A DNA stretch of 64,000 nucleotides from Laetmonice hystrix (taxonomy: Eukaryota). The notes under the pieces are model-generated. The model saw only the letters and a program-made list of their open reading frames with translations, had not been told where the DNA came from and did no database searches. The stretch is taken from positions 43,588,001 to 43,652,000 of the forward strand of contig OZ249436.1 in NCBI GenBank assembly GCA_965235115.1, given 5' to 3'. The translations under genes and the position numbers were made by a program. Shown one piece after another: positions 23,660-37,078 of this stretch. Position 1 is the first letter of the stretch. Each line of letters opens with the position of its first letter.

Positions 23660-25514
23660 TCATAGCTTCAAGACTATAGGAGAAAGTCATCGGAGTGGGA
23701 AGGCAGCGGGCAGCCGCCCTGCCCTCGGAGCACCCTGGAAGGAACATGCGCACACACAAACACGCACGCACACTCACACAATACTTACATCCCATATTGT
23801 ATGCAATCCTGACAACCTTTCACAAGTGGACCAACCACACGGCACATCTCATCAGTCCAATGGCTATACACCTAGGTTTCTTCATCTTGTGACAACAATC
23901 GTGATTGGTCCATGCAGTTGATGACGTCTTGGATCCAGTCAGAGAGTGGCTGACTGCTCACTCCTGACGATAAATATCTGTACACACTGCAGTGTGTAAA
24001 ACTATGTAAACAGCATTGGAAGAGTGTCTACTTTCTTTCCTTTATCTCATTTATAGTTGTACTGGCTCTAAGTCAGAAGAACTTATTTATTGTTGAAAAT
24101 CAGCCTGGCATGTGAATGTCTGTCTCCATGAGTTTGTCTGTATCTCAGTCTGTGTATCGATGGAGGCATTGCCTACTGACGTCGCAATGAGTACCGGTAA
24201 GGTCAACTTTGGTTAAAATAACTCCACTGAATCTCGATACGCTTTCATCCAACTTGACTTATGGACTTGCTGGACATTTATTGCAGATAAACGTGATTAC
24301 GGTATAAATGAAATCCATGCAATGAGGGTCCCGGCACTTTCGTGCTCACAATATAAAGCCATAACCGGACGAGAAATTGCAGTATTCATACGAAGCCTCG
24401 TGTACAGCTATAGTACGATAAGGCCACTTTGCAGGGATTTTTTTGGTTGTTGCGGGGGGGGGGGAGGAGTTCCTGACCAGAACATGAGAGCATCATAGTA
24501 TCCGTCTGGCTGATATCAAGGTGTTATTTTGGGCAAGTTCTGGAAAACGGTGGAAGATTGCCTGCAGTTAGTGTGGTTTATAATATTGAACATTTTGTAT
24601 TTGGTGTTTTATTTCACAGCTTGGCCTTCATTTTTTGTGCAGGTCGCCTTGAAAGATTTTAGCATATTTTACAGTGGGTTCTTTTATTTAGATAATAGTG
24701 CATGGACATGTAATCTTGACTGACCATAAACAGTAAATGGTGAGGTTTGACTGGCACGTCAAACTGCCGTGAAGGTCAGTCAAGGTCACACCAGGAGGAC
24801 AATGCCTGTCCGACGTATAATTGACTGTAGATATCAGACGATAGATGGCGCTATATTGAATCCGTCGCCAATCGGTGATGTTTGGGAAACACTTGACAAT
24901 ATCGGTATGGGCATTATTGACTGTAGACAGTCCCAGAGTGTTGCCATAGTGACATCGGTTTCAGGTATAATTTAATTAACCCCCGCTTCGACACCATTTT
25001 TGTCACTTCTTTTTCCTTTTTTAAGGGTTACTGGGAAAGGAAAATAATGAACCCTGGATGGGGTGTAGGGGACGGCAGGCTGGCCTGGCTCCTACCCATT
25101 ACTACACGTCAGATAGTGACCACTGGAGGATGGTTTCCATAGCATCCGGGCCTCATCCCTGACCTTGGCAAGTCACACCCATAAATACTGTGGAACCTTT
25201 GTGTCATGTAGGATCACAGTCCCCACTAGTGACGTCCTGGTATCTGTTTAAACGGGTCGGACAGGACAGAAATCTGGATCAGCGAGAAAAATCCAGAGGC
25301 CAGGGAAAGGTCAGTAAAAATGTCAGGGTGGGAGTGGCCCATGGGTCGTGTGGTTGAAGGCCTCGGTCCACGTGTTTGGGTGATTATCAGGAAGGTTTAA
25401 GTTGGAGGTGGGCGTATAGATTTAAATACTGCCCAGGACTTGATTTGGGTATTAAGTATTCTGTATACTGCCCTTAGGAGTGGATTTTGTGTGTTTATAT
25501 TCCATACAGTGCCA

Positions 25515-26075
25515 TTATGACTTGATTTGTGGGATTACAATATGTATTCCATACACTACATTACGACTTGATTTATGACGATTACAATATGTATTCCATA
25601 CACTACATTAGGACTTGATTTATGAAGATTACAGTATCCCATACACTACATTAGGACTTGATTTATGAAGATTACAATATGTATTCCATACACTACATTA
25701 GGACTTGATTTATGAAGATTATAATATTTATTCCATACAATACATTACGACTTGATTTATGAAGAGTATAATATGTAATCCATACACTACATTAGGACTT
25801 GATTTATGAAGATTACAATATCCCGTACACTACATTACGACTTGATTGATGAAGATTATAGTATGTATTCCATAGACTACAATTAGGACTTGACTTATGT
25901 GGATTACAGTGTGTATTCCATTCCACAAATAGGACTTGATTTGTGCAGATTATGATATATATACTCCATACAGTTAGGACTTAATTTATGCCAATTAGAA
26001 ATGTATTGGATACATTAAAATTAGGACTTTATTTACGGCATGACAGATTCCACACACTCCCATGAGGACTTGATT
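25515..26075. repeat. Degenerate ~47-bp minisatellite (..CCATACACTACATTAGGACTTGATTTATGAAGATTAC..)
   Basis: Recurring GACTTGATTT core at ~45-47-bp spacing. Confidence 0.85.
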
Positions 26076-28660
26076 TCCTAACTGCATTTAGCCCAGAATA
26101 ATTATCACGTGATTGCAAAAACTGGACAAAAACCAGTATCATATTGATGTGTTTTGTTTATGCCGATACATTTTACAAACTTTGTGAACATCGGTGCTTC
26201 ACGGAGAACATCACCTGCGGGGTACACTGTGTAGTATTTGCAAAAGTTATGCAAGCCCAAGAAATGTGGACCCCCTAGTGTCAGGAAAAAAAAAGTCCGC
26301 CATAAATTCCCTCATTTGTTTCCATATTCATCAGATTTGAATGGTTAATAACACTCATTAAAAATTGTTCCAAACTTGACTTCAAGTACTTGAAGTATTC
26401 ACTTGATATCCATTGACTAATTCTATCATTATTTACTACCGTTTTTAGACCCGGAATATAGCTATGCAGGTAGACAGAGAATCATAGAATCCCATTTCAG
26501 TGACAACAACAACAACAACAAAAGACAGAAAGAGACGCTACCGTTAAAGCGTGAATTAATTCAGTTTACTTTTTATGTTCCATCCCCATTTGATTGTACA
26601 TGTATACCATAATGGCTGTGTGTTGAGCCATTATTGAGCGGTTTTCATGGGAGTACCCGAGTAGGGCTCTGGTGTGACATCATTAATTCAACTCTTTGTT
26701 TTAACATACAATTCTCATCTTGTCGCATTTTGTACCCAATGGGTCAAAGTCCCTGTGAGGACCTGTCGGTGAGCGTGTGTGTATGTATGAATGTACATGG
26801 ACCAGTTAGGGTAGAAGTAGGGCTGTACGGGGGGGCGAGAGTTGTGGGGTTTGGGGTTGATTGGGAGGGGTTCCTACATTGGCGTTGGCAAACGCAGGAT
26901 CATACCACAGATGATGCAATCTAGCAGTAAACTCTGATGGTGACATAATGTGATATAACGGTTCAAACGTCTTCATCTAAACATTGATGGCTGAGGTACC
27001 CTCGTTATCACATACCGCAAAATGCAGCATAAGTCGAATTTGAAATCGGGGGAATCCCCTGAGCTTCATGACTGTTGGTGTATTCTCTATATCATGACCA
27101 TATATGTCGACATATTTAAATTATTATATGTAATACGCGTGAAGACAAGTATGGAGTATAGAAGATTTCAGTGTGTTCATTCATCAAGTCGATTTGCTGC
27201 CAAAACTTGACTGTAAGTGTAGGAAACTACTTTTTGTATCGGTCCCAATAGGACGTGACCATGATAGTTGCCTGGAACATTTAAATAGCCAAAAAGAAAG
27301 AAAAGGAAAGAAGTAATATTTCCTATCGAAGGATGCAGGTGTCAACCCAACACGACGAAGGTTTTACTTAGACGCTGGATTCAACTTTCTTTTTGTTTTC
27401 TTGAAGGAGTTTCTGAGAGACCCGCCTAAAAATTGTGTGAACCCGTTCTGTCTGCTACAGAGTCGGTACAGGATTGACCGATGGCGGTACCATCTGGTGG
27501 CAAACAAGAAAACTAACGCACTACCAAATCTTGGCTGTCCACACCTCCAAGTTAGGGCACGCAGCTGACCCAGGGCTGTAAAGTCCAGGTAATGAGGATG
27601 ATTGCACACTAAGAATGTATTTTTCTGTCAGACACTCTAGAGTGTGGCTGAAATAACACGGAACACAAGGAGAAAGTCCTTGGTAGTTATATAGCTTGAC
27701 GGTCCAAATGATGACGTCTTGCACGGAACAACATTTTGGGGTATGTGATAATCTTGCTTCCTTTCCCAGTGTAGTTGTAGCAGCTAGCAGTCAAGTCGTG
27801 TAGCAGGAATCATTGTTTTGCCCTTTTCATATTTATATGAACATATGCCTAGTTGATATGATATACATGGTGTGTGTATGTCTCCTTTACACACAGCAAT
27901 CTAAGTTGTTGCATAAGAAAAAGCCTTACGATGAAACCAGCCGAGTACCTGCAGCATGGGACTCGCTGGGTGGATGTACATATATATATTTATTCATTGA
28001 TTACCACAGAGGAGATGAAATATTTCTGAGTTTGTGAAATTCAGTTGTGAAGAGGAAACACTTAATGTAATTCAGTATTACTTGACTGATCATTTTGTCC
28101 TTTTGTTTTTAGTTTGCTTACTGGTGCCGTGAGCCATGTTGTCCTGTAAGACGCCATGTTGTAAGCATTATGTAATCGGTTATGTAATCTTGGCTATCAC
28201 AGATAGTTGTGATGTTTGTGGGGGGGAGGGAGGGAGTATCCCAGAGTATAGTGACCTCCACAGATAACACGGCACAGCGTGCACAGCACAGCCTCGTAGC
28301 CTTTATTTATTAGTTGGTGGGGGGGTTGGGGGGGGGGGGGTTGAGCATGCTGAATTGTACCAGGCCCTAAAATCTTTCCAGATCCTAACAATCTCGACAG
28401 ATTTGGTGCAGTTATTGCACCATGCACACTTCTAGTGGTTTTCTGGTTTTCTACATCTTTCCTCATTGAAATAAAAAGCTCCATATTTTTGTTCAGAGGT
28501 TAATTTGGTGTTTTGTAAAGTGGAGATTTGAACCATGGGCAATAGAAAAAAATATGTTGCTAAGAAACAGGTGAGTTGTACAGCTATGTGAAAACCAGAA
28601 CCGTTACTGTATGGTTAGTGGATGGTAACAGGAAATGAGGTGTTGCAGTGAATTATGTTA

Positions 28661-28865
28661 TGTAACTGGTTATGTAATCTCCGAAAACAGCAGACTGTAA
28701 CTGGTTATGTAATCACCAAAAACAGCAGACTGTAACTGGTTATGTAATCACCGAAAACAGCAGACTGTAACTGGTTATGTAATCACCAAAAACAGCAGAC
28801 TGTAACAGGTTATGTAATCACCGAAAACAGCAGACTGTAACTGGTTATGTAATCACCGATAACAG
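28661..28865. repeat. 35-bp tandem repeat, ~6 copies
   Basis: Unit TGTAACTGGTTATGTAATCACCGAAAACAGCAGAC. Confidence 0.92.
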
Positions 28866-28929
28866 TTCATCAGTAAGGCTAGACCAGGATCAGATATGTG
28901 TGTATGTACCCAGTCCTGGTGGTTGGCTG

Positions 28930-30589
28930 GTCAGTCAGAACATTGTCAACTAATGGCTCATAGCGTGAAGTTGGTAGTGTGAACGGTCGGTCAGTACATT
29001 GTCAACCAATGGCTCATTGCGTGAAGTTGGAAGTGTGAACGGTCGGTCAGTACATTGTCAACTAATGGCTCATTGCGTGAAGTTGGAAGTGTGAACGGTC
29101 GGTCAGTACATTGTCAACCAATGGCTCATTGCGTGAAGTTGGTAGTGTGAACGGTCGGTCAGTACATTGTCAACCAATGGCTCATTGCGTGAAGTTGGTA
29201 GTGTGAACGGTCGGTCAGTACATTGTCAACCAATGGCTCATAGCGTGAAGTTGGCAGTGTGAACGGTCGGTCAGTACATTGTCAACTAATAGCTCATTGC
29301 GTGAAGTTGGTAGTGTGAACGGTCGGTCAGTACATTGTCAACCAATGGCTCATTGCGTGAAGTTGGTAGTGTGAACGGTCGGTCAGTGCATTGTCAACCA
29401 ATGGCTCATAGCGTGAACGGTCGGTCAATACATTGTCAACTAATGGCTCATTGCGTGAAGTTGGCAGTGTGAACGGTCGGTCAGTACATTGTCAACCAAT
29501 GGCTCATTGCGTGAAGTTGGTAGTGTGAACGGTCGGTCCGTACATTGTCAACCAATGGCTCATAGCGTGAAGTTGGTAGTGTGAACGGTCGGTCAGTACA
29601 TTGTCAACCAATGGCTCATAGCGTGAAGTTGGTAGTGTGAACGGTCGGTCAGTACATTGTCAACCAATGGCTCATTGCGTAAAGTTGGTAGTGTGAACGG
29701 TCGGTCAGTACATTGTCAACCAATGGCTCATTGCGTGAAGTTGGCAGTGTGAACGGTCGGTCAGTACATTGTCAACCAATGGCTCATAGCGTGAAGTTGG
29801 TAGTGTGAACGGTCGGTCAGTACATTGTCAACCAATGGCTCATTGTGTGAAGTTGGTAGTGTGAACGGTCGGTCAGTACATTGTCAACCAATGGCTCATT
29901 GCGTGAAGTTGGTAGTGTGAACGGTCGGTCCGTACATTGTCAACCAATGGCTCATTGCGTAAAGTTGGTAGTGTGAACGGTCGGTCAGTACATTGTCAAC
30001 CAATGGCTCATTGCGTGAAGTTGGTAGTGTGAACGGTCGGTCAGTACATTGTCAACCAATGGCTCATTGCGTGAAGTTGGCAGTGTGAACGGTCGGTCAG
30101 TATCAACCAATGGCTCATTGCGTGAAGTTGGTAGTGTGAACGGTCGGTCCGTACATTGTCAACCAATGGCTCATTGCGTGAAGTTGGTAGTGTGAACGGT
30201 CGGTCAGTACATTGTCAACCAATGGCTCATTGCGTGAAGTTGGTAGTGTGAACGGTCGGTCAGTACATTGTCAACCAATGGCTCATAGCGTGAAGTTGGT
30301 AGTGTGAACGGTCGGTCAGTACATTGTCAACCAATGGCTCATTGTGTGAAGTTGGCAGTGTGAACGGTCGGTCAGTACATTGTCAACCAATGGCTCATTG
30401 CGTGAAGTTGGTAGTGTGAACGGTCGGTCAGTACATTGTCAACCAATGGCTCATTGCGTGAAGTTGGCAGTGTGAACGGTCGGTCAGTACATTGTCAACC
30501 AATGGCTCATTGCGTGAAGTTGGCAGTGTGAACGGTCGGTCAGTACATTGTCAACCAATGGCTCATTGCGTGAAGTTGGCAGTGTGAAC
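28930..30589. repeat. 56-bp minisatellite, ~30 copies
   Basis: Unit GGTCGGTCAGTACATTGTCAACCAATGGCTCATTGCGTGAAGTTGGTAGTGTGAAC. Confidence 0.95.
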
Positions 30590-32882
30590 AGACCATGTGT
30601 AGGATTCCCACCCATGGCGCCATCGTATTACTACATGGGAGCGGTGGCAGCATTAAGTATATCTGTAGGTCAGTAATGTTTGAACTGATGGCTACTCTTG
30701 ATAACTAACTGTTTATATTTGACATCCCCAGCCTTGGTACAACTTAAGGGACCAAAGATCTGATACCTGACGTTGAACAGTTCACTATCACAGCTTCTGT
30801 CACATTGCCGCACATTTATTGCATCCAGTAAGTTGGAAAGTTGACCTCTTTGTTATTTTATTGATTTGAAATATTTATATTTTATGTGAGGTGTTAAAAC
30901 CTGTAGTTAGATAACCAAGATCTCTTGTGCCATTTGATCCGTAAAGGATGTGCCTACATTGAAACACCAGCAGAACCTGAGCATGGCCGAACATGGAATT
31001 TCTTTAGGTGCTGTTAAATGTAGAAATGTTATAGTCATGTAAACTAAGTGAAGAAAACAAGACTTGAAAATGCTTTTTTGTGATTTATTTTAAGGTTTAT
31101 TTATGAACTTTATGTGGTTTTGTATTTTTTATATAAATGAATGAACATGTGGTGTTTACACTCCTGAGTGTGTCAACATGAGTTTTAAATCATTTGAAGG
31201 TATCTGGATAAATTTTGGAGATTGTATTTTTTTGAGAGATCTGTCTCACAGGCTGTGTTCTTGTTTGTTTATGATCATGTGCAGAATTTGGGAGTTAGAT
31301 ACACATTCGTATGTACTTTCTGCAATACATGTAATACTTTTGTGCAATTTTAGAACGGTAATGTATTAATTGATATGCATGGTGGTTTTCAGAACAGAAC
31401 CTAACGATGATGAATGGTAAAAACATCTTTAGGAGTTAGGAACATGCCAGTAGCATCAGTTTGCAGACCACCCCCCCCCCCCCCCCCACTTCCCAAACTC
31501 ACACATTCAGACTGAACTAACCTACTGCCCACCGAAAGCTCAGAAGATTGGTAAATAAACAAATTGAATGAACCTCAATAGTTTCTTAAAATAGGTGAAA
31601 GAAAGCAGGTTAATTATAATGGCTGGAATATTTCACATACTGGCCATGGATCCGGGCCATGCTTCATGCAGAATATTCTTAGAGTTTAAAGAACATTTAT
31701 ACGTTTTGCTAAAATGTCTTATTTATAATGGTAATGTGCCAATGGTGGTTAATACCCCGGTAATTATATGGTGTTTTTCCACTTTTTGGCTTTTTAAAAG
31801 GAACATATAAATATGAACATTTGGGACTTGTATCAATTCTCTGGGCGTAGTAGTCAATCATACTCTGGCTAGTTTCTAGTGTTGGAGAACCAGTACTGTA
31901 TACTTTAAGTATACATGTACTGTGAAATATACCAAGTTACCACCACAGGTGAATAAATGCACCCAGTATTGAACTGGTTCATGTACCCAATTTGGTGAAG
32001 TCAGACAGCCTGTTTATTTACCCAGTATTCACAAAAACAGATCAAAGGTTCCCCAGGTGCACCTTGAACTAGACCAGAAGGAAGGGGGAAACGTGTGGTA
32101 GTACTGTCTCACAACGTTCCTAGCTGTGTTTTGGCAAGGTCCAATAATGTACCCGCTCCTTCCTGTGCTAGTCCTCAATTATTATTGTCTGAAAAAACGG
32201 CATTTAAATTATATTTACTGATGTGAAATCTTTCAAGCAGGAAATGTGATGGGCATAGGGAAGTTCTTTGGTACGGCTCATCAGCTGTAGCGACATGTTT
32301 CGGTTCTGAAATAGGTAAATAATCTATGTATAAAAATGCAAACAGTCGAGACCAACACGTGGTCTCGCAAGTTTTGATGTTATGGGCAGTGTATACAGTA
32401 CCCCGTTATTGCTATACTCTACTTTGATACCTTTTACACAACACTGATTTGGCATTGGTCAAGTTTTCTATGAGCTCTGCTTTATGTCAAACTCAAATGG
32501 TGTCAAACCCATATGGAGTTATTAGAAACGCTAGCTGCAGAAAAAAATGCCTTTCGCCAACAGATGTTGAAGTCTGTATCTCAGTTCAGTTGTAAAACCA
32601 TTTTTATCCAACAGCATGGTTGCCACGGGACAAGAAACAAAATCAGTATTTCTAATTTTATATTTCTCCTCACCCCCCCCCCCCCCCACCCCCACCTAAA
32701 AGGTCGGTATCTTTCAAATGTAATGTTTAGAGTCAGATTCGGACTTAGATCCAGAGAGATTTTCCTCCCGTGCCCAGTTTGTGTACACAAACACTGGGTA
32801 GCTGGGTGCCGTAGCCTGTTGTGGCGTTATGACCTTATGTCCAGTAGGCCTATGGGTATGGGCAATCGCTTGGTTGAGTCCT

Positions 32883-33168
32883 GGCCCAGGTTTCAGAAAG
32901 GCTCTCAGCGGCAAGCTTGAAGCTAAGCAGGGCTACGGTGGCCCACGAGGACACAGACACTTTAACTTTTTACATTGATTTTCATGAATATTTTCACGTC
33001 AATGGAAATATCACCGCGGTAAAAATATTACCATTATGGGTAAATTTTTATCACTGTAAAAATACCGATGAAAATCAATCTAGAAAGTTAAAACACTAAA
33101 AGGCGATGTCCCTATGGGCTGCCGTAGCACTGCTTAGCCTAAAGCTTGCTGCTAAGAGTCACCTCTAA
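32883..33168. mobile_element. Degenerate Harbinger-like foldback MITE
   Basis: GGCCCAGGTTTCAGAAAG start resembles the 17293 element; imperfect inverted arms (AGCTT..GCTAAGCAG..GCTACGG vs CCGTAGC..TGCTTAGC..AAGCT). Confidence 0.45.
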
Positions 33169-34228
33169 AGGTTATGTTTTCTGTTCCTATCGTACCTATG
33201 GTGTGGGTGAATTAGGGCAAGCTGCTGTCTCATGACCTTTGTCAACCAACCCATTCCATCTAGTATTAGGTAACACTTGGGAGGGTATCGTCCCGTGCTA
33301 ACCGCATGTTGTTGGATTAGGGTTCGATTATAACACTTAGAGTGGCATATGCAGGGGTATACGAGAAGTTGATTGAATATCGTGACTTCTTTCCCGTGGT
33401 TCAATATAACAGGGTAATTATAATTGACAATCTAGTACCAATGAGTCATTGGAACCGAGTTGTATACTTGAGCAACAGAGGACAGCAACTGTGACAAGAG
33501 AGTGCCCGAATAGGCCGGTAGAGGGTGGTGTTATGATTGACAGAAAGTCCCATTGTCGGGTTGGACATGATGCCAGGTACTGGGACGTCATGTTGGATTC
33601 CATGCTCAGCTTGTTTCCAGGCCACAACGTGGGGCCATTCTCTGTCTGTGTAGTTAACTTCTCATATTTATGAGCCATTAGCAGGGCGCGAAGCAGTTTC
33701 ATTATACAATGTACATGTATTCATAGTGATCAGAAACTATCCATAATCCTCTTTCAAAGAGAAAGTCAGTAAATGATAGAAATCTAATCTGTAGAATACA
33801 GGTTTCTACTGTACTTCCATATGAATCCGAAGTGGAGTGTGGTTTATTGTGTATATTGATGATATCATGAAATAAACAGAACTTAACTCCAAACGGCAGG
33901 AATCTAAACGAGTAGTCGTCTTTATAGCCAAGTCCCTCAACACAAATAACAGCCAGGTAACGAACTGTACAAGTTCTCCAAGGTTTAGGTCCCCCCCCCC
34001 CCCCCTCCCATGTACTACCGGTACGGTACTTCAGTTTTTCTACCGTACACCACTAAAATTGACCCCCTCGATATGACACAAATCCAAATCCAATCCTGTT
34101 TCAAACATGTTTTAAGAGTAGGCCTACCTCAGACTTAACACCCCTAACCCCACCCCTATCCCAAGTTACGGTATACAGATCCGTACTCTTCATATTTTTA
34201 CCAGAATTTTAAAACATGATCTGGGTTA

Positions 34229-34510
34229 GGGGGCCACCATTAGAATGCCAGAGGGGCCTGGAGTTTTTTCGTGTGGAAAATGGGTGAAATAAATATTGGC
34301 AGCAGACATGGTGGATATAAATATTCTATCCTCGATCAAAGGAGGGCGACATAAATGAAATGGTAAAAAGAAAAAAAAAGATATTTTCATTCCATCCTAT
34401 GAAATAAGAAGAACATTTCCCATCTCCTTAGTGAAATAAATATATATCGAGGCAAAAAATCCAGCCCCCCCCCCCCCCCCCCCCCAGATTATATAGATAT
34501 GGTGGTCCCC
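34229..34510. mobile_element. Tourist/PIF-Harbinger-like MITE
   Basis: TIR GGGG(G/A)CCACCAT; TTA direct repeats at 34226-34228 and 34511-34513. Confidence 0.7.
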
Positions 34511-35945
34511 TTAGGGGGCCTATATTTTTATTGGGGACTCCACAATTTCGTTTGTGACTTCAAACAAAAGGTTTTCCGTCCACAATTCTATGTAAAGCCC
34601 GCTATTATAGGCCTACTCCCCGGTATTTAAAGCAAAGGTCTTTGTCACAGATGGCCCACCGTGAAAACTGTTATGATGAGATTCGACCTGGTATGCCTGG
34701 TAAGTAGGAAGCGACCTTCACCTTGGAATTCGTGACTGCGCGCTACAACACTGGCCATGCTTGCCCTACTTTGACGCTGTTTTGAAGAAGGAGTCAATCG
34801 AAGGTAGGTTTACCTGCTTTTGAAGGATTGCTGAACCACATATAAATCGTTAAGTATTACAATTGTAGTGTTTACAAGGTGCGCAATATGTAGACGGTTT
34901 ACTAAACGCGATGTGTGATTGTGTGAGCGGCTGACAGGGCGGCACTGGCCGTGAGAGCCACAGTTGTGATGTGGACTGGTGGTGTCGGCCATGGCAGGCA
35001 CACAGATACCGACGGGCGGCCCTCTCCCGCTCCGTCCCCCACATGTGCCAGGTCGGCGTTTAAACAAAGAGTGCTTGTATTATAGGGGCCTCTGATTATT
35101 GGGAACTGGGAATGGGTAAAAGTGAGATACAATCTGTTCCCCTTGCTTTTGAGTTTCAGTTTTAGTTACAATCGGGCATCGGCTCATTGTCCTCTTCAGC
35201 CGTTCAGGCACTTCCTTCACAACTGACACAAGTTCCCGGCTATACCACACAGTTCTCTGGTTCATGACTGACTCACTCAGTCACTGGGTTTGACTCGGAG
35301 TCAGACCGGAGTCAGAGCGCTTGTTGTGGCCCCCAGATGTGTAATTTGTGCCACTGGTAATGTGGGGGCGTTAGTAGTTTTGCTCGATGTCAATTCAGCA
35401 TTGATGATCATTACGAGTTAACTATAAAATCAAGTTTTCTCTCTACTTTCCTTTCCATGGCATTGCATTGGTTAGAGTTTGTTCTATAGTCTAGATTGGG
35501 GCATCTCAGAAAACACGAAATTAAACTGAGAGCAAATTTGATTGATAATGAAGACTGAAGTGTTTATATGTCGTGCCAACTCAATTTAATGAATTAAGCA
35601 AGATCCGTTAACTTTAATCGGGTCTACATATAAGTCTACTGAGCTTTGTAGAGCCACAAGCTCATATTAAAATAAACACTATGTTCCTATTGAAGGCTAT
35701 TATTAAAGATATAACTTTAAAAAAACCTGATGGTGATCATTATGGAGCATTGTCGTCAAGTGGAGGGCGACGTCTCCACCCAGATCCCGGAAAATTCAAG
35801 AGTTGAATTTAGTAAATGTGATGACAATCCTTTGAGGTGACTGCCATAGTACACAGATGATCACTAGGCAGTCACCAAGTTGGCCAGGTGTCCACCCATT
35901 ATTGTACTATTTTTAGATTTTAGGTGCATATATTTTAGCACACCC

Positions 35946-36303
35946 CAATGGGGTACCTTGTCGCCGCGTTTTCTGCACGTGGCAGCACTGTGCAAGCGGT
36001 TCTGAAGGAGACATTTTAGCATAGAATTAGATAGGCTGATATCTGCTAATCTGTGGCTGGTTGCCATATCGACATTTGTATCTATAAAGAGGTATGACAA
36101 TTTTTAGACTTCTTTCATTCACTTCAGTCCATATGAGTTAATATTATTTAGTAATGATAAGGCTAGGTCATCTTACAGCACATTAGCATATCGTCGTCCT
36201 ATCTAAACTTAATGTACTCCAGCAAGGACCGATGTGCAGGTGCTGCCGCCTTGCAGATTTGACTTGAAATCCCCAGTGCGCATGCGTCTAATGTAGTCCA
36301 TTG
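35946..36303. mobile_element. Hairpin MITE, same family as 16903-17273, opposite orientation
   Basis: CAATGG..CCATTG ends; shared blocks TGCTGCCGCC, CCTATCTAA and GCGCATGCGTCT. Confidence 0.55.
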
Positions 36304-36589
36304 ATTTTAAGTGCGCTGTAGTGTGTGCACGATTGCGCACAGTCACTGATTTTGTTGCGTGAGCGAAAATGGGATTTATTACTATCAGGATCCATTCAGC
36401 TTATAAAAAATAAATTCTTTTAGAGGACAATGGATTTTAAAGGAGTAAAAATCCTCAAAAAAACTGTTGAAACAGCATGTAAAGTACATAAGATTGAATG
36501 AGAATATATAGAGAGCTCTAATTATAAAATATTTTCCTTGCGAATGTACTGACCCATATCTTGTTTGCTTGCAGGTCCTGTGCATAACC

Positions 36590-37078
36590 ATGGTATCAAA
36601 GGTCGACCAGCAACGAGTTTGTGCCCTCTTGACTGAGGCCGTGACAGTCATTTGTAAAAACGGGCTCACCTACAACTCCAAATTTTGTATTGAAGGACTT
36701 TTGGGGATTACTCTTGATGACAGGGACATATTTCTGGTGAACATTAAGGAAACAATACAAAACATCAATGGCAATACAAACCAGAGGAAGAGTGAGTCAG
36801 ACAGTAAAGTCGGTGGGCAGCAGCAGAAATACCTCCCTCAGAATGGTGGAGGTCGTGGCATGCCTCAGATGGCATACGGCAGCCAAATGTCCATGCGGGG
36901 TCGTGGTGGCAGGGGAATGCCCCAGAGTTCAGCGTTGACACCTGACCGTCGACGGAAAATGGCAAACCAGGGCATGAGTGGAGTTCCAGCTAAACGGATG
37001 ATGACGGGGCCTGGGGGCCCACAGCCTTACATAATGAGACCAAGTGGCCCGGTTGGACCTCAGGACAAAATCCCTCAG
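36590..37078 (+). CDS. Gene B coding exon 1
   Basis: ORF with splice signals; contains the shared domain. Confidence 0.85.
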
